DNA of 64,000 nucleotides from Eledone cirrhosa (Eukaryota): NCBI GenBank assembly GCA_964016885.1, contig OZ024740.1, positions 353,462,001 to 353,526,000 of the forward strand, read 5' to 3'. Shown piece by piece: positions 48,548 to 62,755 of this stretch (position 1 is its first letter; each line of letters starts with the position of its first letter). The notes under the pieces were generated by a model. It saw only the letters and a program-made list of their open reading frames with translations, ran no database searches and was not told where the DNA came from. The position numbers and the translations under genes were made by a program.

Positions 48548-49750
48548 TATCATCATCATCATCATCGTTTAATGTCCATCTTCCACGCTAGCATGGGTTA
48601 GGCGGGAATTGTCCCACTTGAGGCAATATTGGTTGGGTGACTGTCTCGCTCGTATGAGACTATCTGGCAGGTTTTCTACGGCTGGATGCCCTTCCTAACA
48701 CCAACCACATTTACAGTGTGGACTGGGAGCTTTTTACCGTGTTACCTACACGACCACATTGCAGCGTGGACTGTGTTTTTTTGTCTTGACACCTACACAA
48801 CCTCATTAGTTTGGACTGGATGTTGTGGTACCAACATAGCTTTATAGAGAAAGGGGTGGTGTTGGCAGGAGTGGAAGGATGGAGTAGGCGTAGTGGGTTG
48901 GGGTGTATGTTTGGTTTGGAGGGGCCTACTTACTGTAGGTTAACTTTGCACATAGGGAAGGCGGGTATTTTGTATTACTGCGTGGTGCAAGTGTACAAGG
49001 TCAGAATTTATCATGTCGTCCCGGATTTTTCTGGGTCTACCTACTCTGTACCTTCCATCAATTTTGATTGCCCTGCACTCTTTTATACAGCTGTCGTCTT
49101 GTATGCGCATCACATGACCATACCAACGTAATCTTCTCTCAAGTAAACAGCATCTGATCCCTCTTATTCATAATTTCTCACTCAGTTCATTTATGTTTTG
49201 CCGTTCGTGTATATTACTATTACACATCCAATGGGGCATGCATGCTTCGTTCCTCTCCAGCCTGCGCAGATCTTCTGCACACAATCCCCATGTAAGATTG
49301 CTGTTCGTATGCAGGCATCATACAATCTGCCTTTCATTTGTAAATAGAAACGTTTCGTGGCCAACATCTGTATCAGCTCTCTGAACATTTTCCATCCTGT
49401 TCTAAGTCTGGGTACTGTACTTTCAGTGCACCCTCCACCACTACTGATTTTGTCACCCAGGTAACGGAAAGTGTCCACTATTACTATAAAACTATCTGGG
49501 CAGTAGAACGAGCTAGTATCCTGTGGGCATCTGTTACTTATTGCACCTGAGCATCGGCCACATATAAAATGTATGTTCTTAGATAGCTTACCTGTGATCC
49601 TACTACATCTTTTATGTACCCATAATTTGCATTTGGGACATAGAATGGAATTTCTACCTACTCCTTTCCTACACACTGAGCATGGCCATTTCCCAGAGGG
49701 AAATGTGCCCTATTTTCCTTTCTACATACTAGAACTTTAGTCTTCTTCTA
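48548..49750 (-). mobile_element. RTE fragment (unit B copy of 22744-23945)
   Basis: Near identical to the unit A copy. Confidence 0.88.
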
Positions 49751-51829
49751 TAGCTATCTATCTATATATATATCATGATAATCATCGTCATTTTAAATCC
49801 GCTTTCCCTGCTAGCAAGGTTTGGATGGGTCTACATAGACCAAGTTAGTACTGCAGCGGAGCCACTGACCTCCCAAGCAGGCCAGGGATCTGTGTCTTGC
49901 TTTATGTACAGTTGACACTTCACCAAATGTACAAGAGAGGTTGTCATGTCTTTCACACAACTGATGGTTCCTTCCAATCCTTTTGTTTGGCAAGATTTCT
50001 ACAGCTGGATATCCATCCTATCGCCAATCTACTGTATTATGTTAATCTAGCATATTAATATCATAGTGATTGTTAGGATAGTGAGAGGCAGAATCAGTAG
50101 TGACACAAAATATCTTGCAATACACATTTATAATCCACTCTTATGAATTCTACACTTGAAACTAGAGATGGGAAAAATTGTTACGGTTTCGGTCAAAATG
50201 CCTCTTCCGAGTTTTTACTTTCTGAGTTCAAATTCAGCTGACATCAACTTTACCTTCCACTCTTCTGAGGTCAATAAAATAAAGTACCAGTCCAGCACTG
50301 GGGTCGATATAATCAATTTTCCCATCCTCTCAAAATTGCTGGCCTTGTGCCTAAATGAAAAACCATTATTATTATTAAATTGTTGCTGCTGTGGTTGTTG
50401 TTATTTATTTGTTTATTTATTTATTTATTTTAGCGTCCTTAAAAAAACTGGAACCCCCCAGTCCGCTACTATAAAATCATCTTACCACTGAGGCAAACAT
50501 CTCAAGGTATTCAGAATGATTTAAAACTGTAATTGCTATGAAATAAACATTTCGTTTTTGATCATTGATTTTAGACTTCTTTCATCAATCAGGAAATAAT
50601 TTCCTGGTTATGTATGTTGTTAATTTGCTACTAGAAGTTACTATTTGTGTTTTGAGGTAGGGGTTAATTTGGTATTAATACAGTACCTGGAAGCAATAAA
50701 TAATTAGGGTATATATTGGAGTTTACGATAAAAAAACAAACACTTTTCAGAAAAATATATTTTTAAAATAGATGGTTCAATTCATTTATTTTTTCCTATC
50801 TTTTACCAAAATTTTTTCCCTGCTAAATTAGATTTGATACACCAGAGAGATAACCCTTCCCCCCCAAAAAAAATTTTTCAGAGTCTTTTCAAAGATTTGG
50901 GGATTATAGATGTTTAATACCTAATAAGACAAATAAAAATCTTTTGTTCCAGACCATGAACTCCAATATACCTAATAATTATATAGCAATCAGTTAAAGA
51001 TATTGTGAAAAGGATCTTATCGAATGTAATCAATAAAATGATCCAACGATAGATTGATTTGCTTCGATAATTATCTTTCCTCAGTTACCATTTTACTTGA
51101 CTCAAATAGAAAAGCAAGTAAATTGGTATTGAGAACAGAAAAGAAACCAATTGGCGGACAAAAAAGCAATATAAGATGCTCATTGTAAGTAAGGTGGCAG
51201 GTCAGCAGTTTACTGAGACAGTCTTAATGTAGATGTCTATGTGCATGGAGGCAGCTAGCAAAATATGAATAATATAGAAGTTACAATCGTTTCCCTTATG
51301 TCATTATGTTTCCTTTTGGTAATGATGAATACATAACAAATGTAATGTGTGTCAGAAATAACTAGCAGATTTCTCCCATACACTACGACAGCAACTAATT
51401 GCAAGTGTGACCTGAAACAGATTTCAATATAATTCTGAAGTCTAGGAGACTGCACCAGCAGCATATAATTGACTGCTTTGTTCAGGCAGAAAAGCAGTGT
51501 GAAAAATTAAAGCAATGTAAATAATTTGTGCAGACACGTATAAATGATTTCTGGATTGGAAAGGTGGAATAAAAGCATGAATCAGAATCATATTTCTCGT
51601 GAGTATATGGATCAACAAAATAGTATGCAGAAACATTTCAAAATTCCATGAGTAACATCTAGTACTATGGACAGCCGGACATCTCCATTGCAACAAATCC
51701 AATTTGAAAAGAGATCAGTCTTTTGAATAACTGACACAGTTACATGTTCACCATACTTAGAAACCAAGATGGTATCTGCAGAAATACTATCAAAAGATCC
51801 TGATTTGAGACAGATAGTCATGAATTTAA

Positions 51830-52036
51830 CCCTTTAGAATTTACATTACTCTATATAAACTATTATATTTTTGTGGTCAACACTTTACCTCACATAATAT
51901 CGAATCTACGAGATTTTGATGTTATTTCTTTGAGAACAACACCTTAACATCAGTATGAGTGGCTGGTTAAGGCCAGTTTGAACAGAGAGAGGTGAGAGAA
52001 TTCTGGCTAGATATGGCTGGTTTAAATGCTAAAGGG
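51830..52036. mobile_element. piggyBac-type MITE
   Basis: TTAA-CCCTTTAG..CTAAAGGG-TTAA. Confidence 0.9.
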
Positions 52037-53847
52037 TTAATGAATCATGATGGTCTTTGGGATATTCAGAAAACTAACCTTACCTGTATTGAAAACATTC
52101 AGAAAGTAGTTATAAAGTGTTTCAGATGAGAAAATACTGAAAATGTTAATGGATAATCTGGCTTACTAAAAATGAAACATTGTTGAGAACGTTTGAGCAG
52201 ATAACAGTGTGGCTAGCTTTTCAAAAAGTGTCTTCTGATGAAGTGTAGAGTACACATTAATGTGTAAGTGGGTACCTCTGTAAAGAGTATATAGTACAAT
52301 TGTAAATATGTATACAAAGGCTATGTCTTTGCTTCTGTAGAGATAAGGAGTATTGCTAATATAGACAATGAAACTTCCATGTGTGATGAGACTAATGTGA
52401 TATATAATTTCCTCTTCTGTAAATCCATCTCTTCTCCTTTACTCAAGAACAGCAAGTGTACTGTCAACAGATAGCAGAGAAACCCTCCTGACTTCTTGTA
52501 TATCTCAGACCACACAGTTCAATGTCTCCTTCCTTTTTCAAGATGGTATGGGAAAGATTTGGCTGTTATTTGTAGTAGGTCAAACCTACCACCTACATCC
52601 AAACATTAAGCCACCTGCCTAAAGGTTTAAAAAGTATGCCTGTACATACTTTGTAATTATTTTATTTATTGACATCTATTTTATTTGAACTCAGAATGTA
52701 AGTAGTATATTGAGACTCAGTACACCATGGCCTTTAAACCTTGCAATATGTTTCTACTTTTGGCACAAGGCCAGCAATTACTTCAGTGTATTACTGGTGC
52801 TTTATTTATCGACCCAGTAAGGATGAAAGGCAAAGCTAACTTCAGCAGGATTTCAACTCAGAACATAAAAGGCCATAACTCTATGCTGCAATGCATAGTG
52901 TCTGGTGCTCTTCCTATACTGCCAAACCACCACCCTGACAATAATAATAACATTGACAAGCTACAAACAGGTTAGTGTGAAGTCAATTGAAGGCATCATG
53001 GTGATATTATTCGTTCATATTTTATTTTATCAACCTCATAGCAATGAATGGCATTATTAATATTATCAATAGCCAATATTTTGGGAGAAAAGGAACAACT
53101 AGTTAAATTGAGTCAGTATATCATTGGTACTTATTCTATTGATCATTAGCTACCTATTATATGCCAGAGCCAATCACCAGAGTAGATTTTGCTTTTGACA
53201 ACTAATTATTTTGGGTAAATTTTCTCACCATTCTAAAAATTTAGTAAGTTCAGACCCTGAGCAATTAGCTATTTGGACTACGAAATAATCCTCTTTAGGA
53301 ATCTAGTCAGCTAATGATAAGACATGTTACTACTCCTAATATTAGCAAAATACAAAATCAAAAAGAAATCTCCAAAGGTGAGCAGACAAATCAATGAAGG
53401 AATATAGATATAGAATTTGAACTAAGCTATTTTGTTATGATAACTCATTGAAATAGTCTGATATATAGAGAACAGATGACAGCAAATAATTTCATTACTC
53501 TAATACATTATTGAAGACTCAGAGCAAATAACTAAGTGTAGCTTGGGATTGTTTTAGTTAAAATATTTTCTGCTGGGAAATTACAAATTTTGGCTCACTT
53601 TCAAATACTAACTGTTTCATCACTAGTAAGATACTATTTTCTACTATTCCTGGTGCATGTGCACCGATCATATAAAAAAAACATTAAGTGTGACTATACT
53701 GAGATCAGTCGTCTGATATACAAGATATCAAAAAAGAAATTCTCATCATCTTAAATAATTTTAATGCAGACAATCAGTCTGTCTATAACTACTGACACAA
53801 GTCCATTGGATACCATGGGAATGAACAATGCATTATAGTTCTGCTCA

Positions 53848-53880
<33 letters not shown>

Positions 53881-54149
53881 GTTTGTGTGTGTATTATTAA
53901 ATAAAGTGACAGGAGGCTGGAAAGTTGAAATTCCTTTAACGTTTTCATTTTGAATAAAAACTTTAAAGGAATTTCAAATTTCTGGCCTCCTGACACTTTA
54001 TTTAATAATATTTAACTCTCTTCATGCACCACCAACAGAATCTTACACAAAAGATGATTGAGTTGGATCACATTGAGTGCTTTTCCTATAATTGCATCAT
54101 GGTAAACTACACAGAATGAAAAGTTCTATCCTGTGGTAAACCAACTTCA

Positions 54150-57095
54150 ATCATCATCATCATCATCACCGTTTTACGTCCGTTCTTCCACGCTAGCATG
54201 GGTTAGACGGGTTGTCCTGTTGTGGGCAGTGTCTGGTCGGCTGACCATGCCTTGCTCATACAGGAACTGATCTGGCTTGATTTCTACAGCTGGATGCCCT
54301 TCCTAACACCAACCTCATTTACAGTGAGTGCTGGGTGCTTTTTCGTGGCGCCTACACGTCCACTTTACAGTGTGGGCTGGGTGCTTTTTTGCCGTGGCAC
54401 CTCCACGGCCACCTTGCGGTGGAGGGGGGGGCATATTGTTTATATGCTTCAGCATGTACCCATGGGAGGTCGGGTACCCTGTATTACTGCGTGACGCCAG
54501 AAGTCACGGTCGTGTGTCATTGACTTTGAGAGGTGTAGTTGGGTAAGGTCGGCTTTTATCACCTCATCCCAAGTCATCTTGGGTCTCCCCACTCCGCGGT
54601 TTCCATCAACTTCTAGTGCTCTGCACCTTTTTATGCAGCTGTCATCCTTCATACGCATCACATGTCCATACCAGCGTAACCGCCTCTCCTGCACGCAGCA
54701 TTTGATTCCTCTTATGCTCAGTCTCTCTCTCAATTCCTTTATGCTTTGTCGTTCACGTATATTACTGTTACACATCCATCGGAGCATGCAGGCTTCGTTT
54801 CTCTCTAATCTACGTAAGTCTTCCACCTTCAGCGCCCAGGTCTCACTACCATGCAACATCGCTGTTCGGATACACGCATCATACAGTCTGCCTTTCATTC
54901 TGAGGGAGAAGCCTTTTGCAGCTAGCAGTGGTAGTAGTTCCCTAAACTTCTTCCATCCCGTTCTTACCCTAGTTATTGTACTTTCTGAGCACCCACCTCC
55001 GTTGCTAATTCGGTCACCTAGGTAGCAGAAGCTGTCTACTGTTTCTACAGGGCCCTCCCAGAGATTGGTGGTACTTGTTTCCTGTGGCTGTTTGCTTGCT
55101 GTTTCAGCACAGCTGCTGCATGTGAATCCTACATTCTTAATTAAGCTTCCTGAGATCCCGCTACATCTCTTGTGTACCCATTGTTTGCATTTGGGGCAGA
55201 GAATGGAGTTTCTACCTACACCTTTCCTACATACTGAGCAAGGCCATTTCCCTGAGGGGATCTGGGTTCTGTTTTCTCGTCTACTTACAAGGACCTTAGT
55301 CTTTGTCATGTTGACTTTGAGGCCCTTTCTCTCTAGTCCCTGCTTCCAGGTTTGGAATTTATTCTCTAGTTCTACCATAGATTCAGCTATGAGTGCGAGG
55401 TCATCAGCATACAGGAGTTCCCATGGGCATCCGGTCTTAAACTCCTCCGTTATTGCCTGCAGGACTATGATGAACAGGAGAGGGCTAAGAACAGAGCCCT
55501 GGTGGACCCCAACCTGTACGCTAAATTCCTCGCTATACTCATTGCCAATCCTAACTTTGCTGACTGCTCCCCTATACATGGCTTGTACCGCTTTCACAAG
55601 CCATTCATCTACTCCTAGTTTTCTAAGAGCCCACCAGATTACTGCACGTGGAACTCTGTCAAAGGCTTTCTCAAGGTCGACAAATGCCAAGTAGAGTGGC
55701 TTACTTTTAGCTAGGTACTTTTCCTGTAATTGCCTCACAAGGAAGAGGGCATCAGTGGTGCCTTTCCCTGGTACAAACCCAAATTGCATCTCGTCTATAT
55801 TCACCCGGTCCCTAATCAGCTGTGCTATAACTCTTTCTGTTACTTTCATGACCTGGTCCATCAACTTTATACCTCTATAGTTTCCTCTATCTAGTGCATC
55901 GCCTTTACCTTTGTAGCAGTTGACAATGATGCTACTGCACCAATCTTTTGGTATGGCCTCCTCTAGTATTACCTGGTTAACGATACGTGTGGTTATAGTG
56001 TGACCTACAGACCCAGATGCCTTCAGCATCTCGGCAGCTATACCCGATGGACCGGTTGCCTTCCCTATCTTCATATCTCTGATTGCCTTACTTACTACGC
56101 TGCCGCTGACTTGTACTGCTGGTCCCTCTATAGGGTCTACGTGGGGTAGGGTCTCTTCTTCCCATGCATTCTCCTCATTTAGTAATCTATCATAATGACT
56201 CTTCCATGCATCTTTCTTCTCAGCACTTGTGAGGGCAAGCTCACCTTTATCATTCCGGATACACTTCTCTCCAATGACATCACAACTATCTCTGACACAC
56301 TGCCTCGCAATCTTGAATACCTCCTGTTTCTGGTCCTCACGTTGTAAAACATGCTTGAATTTTCTATCCTCTGCTTCCCTCCTAGCTAAGTATACTTGTC
56401 GCCTAGCTTCCCTCTTGGTCTCTATGTAATGTACCCTGCTCCCCCCGTTCTTCCATTCTTTCCATGCCTGTCTCTTGGCCTTGACTGCTTCATCTACCTT
56501 ATTGTTCCACCACCAAGTCACTCTCCTCCTGCTTGAGGTCTTACTCCAGCCACAAACCTCATCCGTCGCCTCTAGTAAGTTATTTTTTAGGAACTCCCAG
56601 TTCTCTTCTACGTTAAATGTCTCTATCTGTTCTTCTTTACTGTCGTAGGCGTTGAGTAAAATATCTTTAAATCTGTTACTGGTTGAGGGGACTTTCAGCT
56701 TCCAGATCTTTCTTCTCCAGGTTGGCCTCTGTTTCAGGGCTCGTCTAGTTCTGACCGTGAGGTCGCTGACAACTAAGCTATGTTGGGATGTACATTCCTC
56801 ACTAGGGAAGGCTTTTGTGTTTACGACCGTCCATCTGTCACGTCCTCTGATGAGGATAAAATCTAACTGACTAGAGTGCTCCCCTGATCTATAGGTGATC
56901 AGGTGGTTGTCGGGTTTTTTAAAGTTTGTGTTACATATCGACATGTCATTGGCGTCGCAGAATTCTAGAAGTCTGAATCCTTCCTCATTCCTTGTGCCAA
57001 CTCCATGGCCTCCATGTACTCTATTGAAGCCGTCGCAGTGTTTACCTACGTGTCCGTTAAAATCTCCTGCAATGATTAGGAAGTCCTTGTCGTCT
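54150..57095 (-). mobile_element. RTE-clade LINE, 5'-truncated but open-framed (young)
   Basis: (GAT)n tail and 3' UTR; long ORF; 5' junction falls in TA-rich sequence. Confidence 0.93.
54449..57095 (-). CDS. RTE ORF (C-terminal half of APE, RT, embedded C4HC3 PHD-like finger); N-terminus missing
   Basis: AGDFNGH, SQLDFIL, SQH; FVDLEKAFDRVP, HQGSVLSP, LLYADDL; CSVC..CPKC..H..C..CSSC; RLRWYGHV. The first ~12 aa of the track ORF are flanking DNA. Confidence 0.9.
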
Positions 57096-57568
57096 ATATA
57101 TGTATATATATATAGAAATCCATACCAATGCATTCTTCAATGATGCACTCTACAACCAATTCTAATTGCCAGTTTTTCCTCGCAATTCATTTATGCCCTT
57201 GGTTCATGCATGCAAACAATATGCATCCATCAGAGCATACCTCATTTCTTTCAAACTCTCCCATATCCTCCACAACGCCTGTTTGGTTACTCTGCAATAT
57301 CCCATTTCATACACAAGGGTCTTATAATCTGCCTTTCACTCAGAGAGAGAATTCCTTTATTGCCAGCAGAACTTTTTCCAGCCTGATTACTATAATTTTG
57401 GAACACTCAGCTCACACAGGTAACAAAAGCTGTCAACTACTTTTCAGGAGCTTTCTAAGCATTTGAAGGAATTAATAGGTGTGATTACTGCTAATTACAC
57501 CAGTGCACCTGTTAAATATAGTCCTTTTTTGTCAGTTTACAGACAGGCTGACATAAAAGGACTTTCCT

Positions 57569-57855
57569 GGCAGTATCAGTAAAAAGTCGGACGCCATGCT
57601 TTGCAGCATACAGTTACGCCCCTTTATGGTCAGAGTTCAAATCCCACCGGGGTCAATAAAACAAAGTACCAGTAATGTACTGGGATAATTGCTGGCCTTG
57701 TGCCAAAAATAGAAACAATTATTCTATGTACCAGTAATGCACTGGGATAATTGCTGGCTTTGTGCCAAAAGTAGAAACAATTAGTCTATGTACCAGTAAT
57801 GTACTGGGATAACTGCTAGCCTTGTGCCAAAAGTAGAAACAATTATTCTATGTAC
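57569..57855 (+). repeat. SINE with its 3' 62-bp segment in three tandem copies
   Basis: GTAC unit starts at 57666, 57728, 57790 and 57852. Confidence 0.88.
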
Positions 57856-58912
57856 TATACATGCACCTTTAATGAGTTGTTGTGCATCTGAGCACTACAC
57901 AATTTTAATTATTATATCATTGTTGTACCCTAATTTATTTATCTAGCTACTTCTTTGCCAATATACATACTCTACTTACCCCAGAAGTATTTATACCTGT
58001 ATTTCTTGTCCATGAGGAGTCTGACTGATGATCCTTTCTATCTTACATCATGTACATAATAGATATTTATCTGCCGCCACAATTTCATCAGATATATCTT
58101 TAATTGGTCAATGTTAATGGTAGCAGCACTAAGATTTTGTACCTGGTAGAAAGAGTAATATGTCCGGTCGTGAGTGGATTGTTTGATGTCGGTTTTCTGC
58201 ATTTGAAAGGAAGAGATTTGGTGCAATGGCTAAGAAGTGTTCACACAAAGCAGATATTCACATTCCTCCACTACATTAGTGCATGCAGCTCTAACAGGAT
58301 ACATGGTAGCATGTATGTGCAATAAGTGTTTTTTCTTTTATTTGTGAGACATGATTTCTTTTCTTGCTGGATACTCATTGCATCACCAATAACATTACTG
58401 CTTGGACTGGGTGCATTTTATGATGCCATGAGGACAAATGTCCCCTCTATATTGTTTCAGAGTTACTGTCCTCCTAGACAGGTTGCCTTAACTGCAGACT
58501 TCAAAGTCCATATCTCCTACAATAGAAAGCAGTTCCAATCACTCAGGGTTTGTTACTACCAATAACTTCACAGACTATGCTAGTTGCTTCAATCTAGTTT
58601 ATAATAAACTACATTGCTTAAATTGACAGTCATCAGTTGAAGATATCAATATTTGCAGTTATTTTTGAAAGGCATTTATCTGGGGATGCACAATTGGATC
58701 ATGACAATTCCACATCTCCATTTGATTGTTATACTGCCTGGAACCCCTACATCACTCTACCCAATGTCGTCCAGGTCATCAGATGTACATTTGATTGAAA
58801 GAACGATTGTCATAAATAGTGCTTATATATAGATGAGTATGGGATAACAGAATTAAAATATTCATCATTATTTGAGTAGATTTATTTTTGGATATTTATC
58901 TTTTATCAGACA

Positions 58913-59497
58913 CTAGCAGTGGTACCCGGCGTTGCACAGGATAAGGTATTGTGAAATATATAACCACCTTAGCTAAGCTTAGTATTGCCACAACCACAGC
59001 TGGCAAAGTAAGGGTCTGGTGGTATGTAAGTAAGCAACACTGTGGCTTAAAACGTGAGGAAGAAGTTGTGTGCACTTACCAACTGTTTGGGGAATGAGTG
59101 TGAGATTTATCTTGAGCAAGGGTGGCAGAATAACCAGATGCAGCAGACAGCCAGACATACAGACAGATATTATAAGGGTGCGTTCTGGACGGAGAGGGAA
59201 TTGTGGGAAGTGACGTAATGCAGACAGCCAGACATACAGGCATATTATAAGGGCGCGACGTTATATGTATGTATCTATCTAAAAAGAGAAAGACTAAGAA
59301 TTATAGAGAGAGATCGCTAAATCACCTAATGCGGTCCCTAGGGCATTGAAAATTTGAAATTTTTTTGGCTCAGAACACTCCCTGAAACACAACATACATG
59401 TGTAAAGTTTGAAAACAGTCGGTTGGGTGCTTCTCTAGTTTTAGGGATTCAAACTCACACACACACAGACAGACATCCTTAGTTTTATATATATAGA
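58913..59497 (-). mobile_element. Non-autonomous Helitron
   Basis: Minus strand A|TCTATATATATAAAAC...hairpin...CTAG|T; inserted between A and T with no TSD. Confidence 0.8.
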
Positions 59498-59695
59498 TCA
59501 CATGATAATGGTGGATTGGCAGAATTGTTATAGGGACAAATAAAATGGCTTGCAGTATTTAAGTAAAGACCATTACATTCTGAGTTCAAATCCCGTCATT
59601 TTTCTAGTGCTGATAAAAACATACTAGGTCAATATAATCGATTATACTTCACCGCCAATCAATGTAAGGCTATGTAACTATATAAGAAATCATTA

Positions 59696-59936
59696 TACGA
59701 TCTGAGTTCAAATCCTGCCGAGGTTGACTTTGCCTTTCATCCTTACGGGGTCGATAAAATAAAGTACCAGTAATGCACTGGGTACTTGCTGGCCTTGTGC
59801 CTAAAGTAGAAACAATTATTAGTTCAAATCCCGCCAAGGTTAACTTTGCCTTTCATCCTTACGGGGTCGATAAAATAAAGTACCAGTAATGCACTGGGTA
59901 ATTGCTGGCCTTGAGCCTAACGTAGAAACAATTATT
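59696..59936 (+). mobile_element. Two tandem 5'-truncated SINEs
   Basis: Two successive GTTCAAATCC..GTAGAAACAATTATT units. Confidence 0.85.
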
Positions 59937-60530
59937 AATATGTTTCTTTGGGACACTATGTCTGTAGCAGAATAATGAGAAAGTTATATTTAATGCAACC
60001 CTGTAGAATAGTGTATAATTTTACAGTATCTGAGTGTTGATCTATCCAAGCAAATTCATGGAAGCATATCTAACTGAATATTGAATCCAAGCTATTAATC
60101 ACAATTAATAAGGATTCCTTTTTAAACCCATTTCTGTACTGGTATACATTCTAATAACATAGGTTATAGCTGAACTGTGTAGACGCGTTTTTTTTAGGGG
60201 GGTTCTGCCAGTCAGGAGCAACACACCCAACCATATGTTGCTACCCACCAAAAAAAAAAAAAAAAAAAATTAGATGATTGAAAAATATATAGCCAAAATA
60301 CAAGCTTTACTAGCAACACAATTCCTTGTATCTGTCCTCCCCTATAAATTGTGTATAATTTATTTTATCAATGTTAGTATGAATGAAACTTAGAACAATG
60401 AAATATGAATTCAACGCTGTCTAATGTTAATGCCATTTTTACTAAACTCCCCCCTAGTTCAATAATATATTCTTTTGTATGGATTTGTTAGGAAGAGGGT
60501 TTTAGTCAGTTGCATTGACATATATTAGTG

Positions 60531-60810
60531 AAGGTGCATGGCTTAGTCAATAGAGTATCAAACTCACAATTGTGAATTTGATTCCCAGACCGGGCAGTAC
60601 ATTGTGCCATTGAGCAAGACATTTCATTTCATGCTGCTCTAGTCCACTCAGCAGGAACAAATGAGTTGCAGTAACACAAGTGTCAAGCTGTCCTTTGGAC
60701 AACATCAGTTGCATGAGAAGAGAATGGTATGCAAGGGTAGTCTTCCATAAAAGCACTTTGCTCAGAAAGGAACTTTCTACGTGCAAACCCATGATCAGCC
60801 ATGACCTAAA
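60531..60810 (+). mobile_element. Second SINE-like family (also at ~63725-63900)
   Basis: Shared TGTG....TGAGCAA.ACA...ATTTCA..TGCTC.AG.CCA motif after a tRNA-like head. Confidence 0.5.
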
Positions 60811-61872
60811 TGGGCCTCTTCTTGCCTATTATTGATTATTTATTGAGATTAATACCAGGCATTGACTGACTGATTCTTTTTGTGCCAGCTGCCATTGAGA
60901 ACCCTGCCAAATCAAGATAATGGCATCACGTCTGAAGAAGGAGCCCAATAAAGTGAAATGGCTGATGTAGCAAGCACTGCTTGTTGTTCTTCAATGCAAT
61001 GCTTCTGCTAGTTTGCTCAATAGGCACTGTTGATATATGTTGTCCACCCAATGGTGTAGAGTTTGCTCCCCACTCTTTCTTTTTATCATTCATTAAGTTT
61101 TTGATATTCTTTATATGAAGTAAAATATGATGAGAGGTAATTTAAGAATTCATAGGTTCTTTTATGAAGATTAAAGCCTTTCCTTACTGATATAATTTAA
61201 GCACAAGGCTAGCAATTGTTTAGTTAACTTGACCTCAATGCTTCACAGGGCATTTTATTTTATTGAACCATGTAAGTATGGAAAAATGGATGCTAAATGA
61301 TGATGATGATAATGATGAAGAACCTGGAAGGATGAAAGTTAAAGTTGACTTTGGTGGGATTTTGTCCAATGCTCTAACAGTTCTGCCAACAATAATCTTT
61401 TACACTAGTATAAGGGTATACATTCTTTTTTGTGAGGATTTGCTCCAATTATTAATACAGCACGAGAACTTGTTTTATTGACTTTGAAAGTTAAAAGGCA
61501 AAGTCAAAATGACACTAAGAGTTGAACTCAGAACATAAAGGAAAATATCTAAAAAAGAATTATTCTATCTGGTGTTCTACCAACAATATTGACAACTTTC
61601 TACCTACTGCAGGGTGAAAACTCAGCAGCAATTTTGGTTTTAGGTCAACCTAAATGTGCTGGCTCGACAAGGCACCAAATTTGAACTCAGAATGTAAAAA
61701 GCCAGAAGAGACACTAAAGCATTTCATCCAATGCTCTAATGATTCTACCAATCCACTGGCCCAGGACAAAAACTTTATTTATCAATCCTGAAGTAATGGA
61801 AGGTAAAGTTGATCATGGTGAGATTTGAACTCAGAGCCCAGAGAATCAGAACAAATACTGCAAAGTATTTAA

Positions 61873-62080
61873 CCCTTTAGTATTTACATTACTCTATATT
61901 TACTATTGTATTTTTGCAGTAAACACTTTATCTCACATAATATCGAATCTATGAGATTTTGATATTATTTATTTTGAGAACAATACCGTAACATCAGTAT
62001 CAGTGGCTAGTTATGGCCAGTTTGAATGGAATGAGGTGAGAGAATTCTGGCCGGATACAGCCGATTTAAATGCTAAAGGG
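61873..62080. mobile_element. piggyBac-type MITE
   Basis: TTAA TSD, same TIRs, body similar to 51830-52036. Confidence 0.9.
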
Positions 62081-62537
62081 TTAAACCAACACTTCGACTG
62101 CTAATTTCCCATCTTCTTAAGGGGAGTATAGACAATGAAATAAACTTCAGTATGCTGCTAATAATCATTTTATTGATTCTGGAGAAATGAAAGGCAAAGT
62201 TTCTCTTGGCAGAGATTCACCGAATAAACTGTCAAGCACCAAACAAGACATCATGAAATATTCTGCATTTTCTTAGTTGAAAAACAAAGAAGACAAAATT
62301 TAAATGAGTACTCAATACATATTAATAGTAGCTAATCTGTAGATTTTTTTTTTATTAGGATTTATAGTTCAATGACGAAATCCTCGTTTCACCCTATCTG
62401 ACATTTTGATTTCCAATCAAAGATTATTAATTTGAAAAATTATAATTTATTAACAACAACACATCCCAGATATTTATTAAGCTATCTGTTGTTTTTCAAC
62501 AAATTCCCAGCCACCATCAACACGACAGTAATAATAA

Positions 62538-62755
62538 GAGTTTCTGATTTAGGCACAAGGCCAACAATTTTGGAGGAGGGGAAAGTCGATTAAATCGACC
62601 CCAGTGCGTTTCTGGTGCTTTATTTTATCGACCCTGTAAGGTTGAAAGGCAAAGCTAACCTTGGTGGGATTTGAACTCAGAACCTAAATGGCTGTAATTA
62701 TATGCCTCAAAGTATGTTGTCCTATGCTCTACCAATACAGCCAATCCATCGCCCT
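62538..62755 (-). mobile_element. tRNA-type SINE
   Basis: Reverse complement of the SINE core. Confidence 0.75.

Larger units (their letters stand above)
39243..53728 (+). repeat. Segmental duplication unit B (paralogue of 13555-31567)
   Basis: Colinear with unit A. Confidence 0.93.

Noticed and set aside
52085-52137. Possible minus-strand exon with good acceptor and GTAAGG donor
   Set aside because: No partner exons or recognisable protein; such sites arise by chance in AT-rich DNA.
57666-57855. Regular 62-bp repeats superficially like a CRISPR array
   Set aside because: No unique spacers, the units are SINE 3' ends, the context is eukaryotic and there are no cas genes.
58038-58300. Faint Tc1-like transposase resemblance on the minus strand
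   Set aside because: Too degraded; no DDE motif or TIR could be confirmed.
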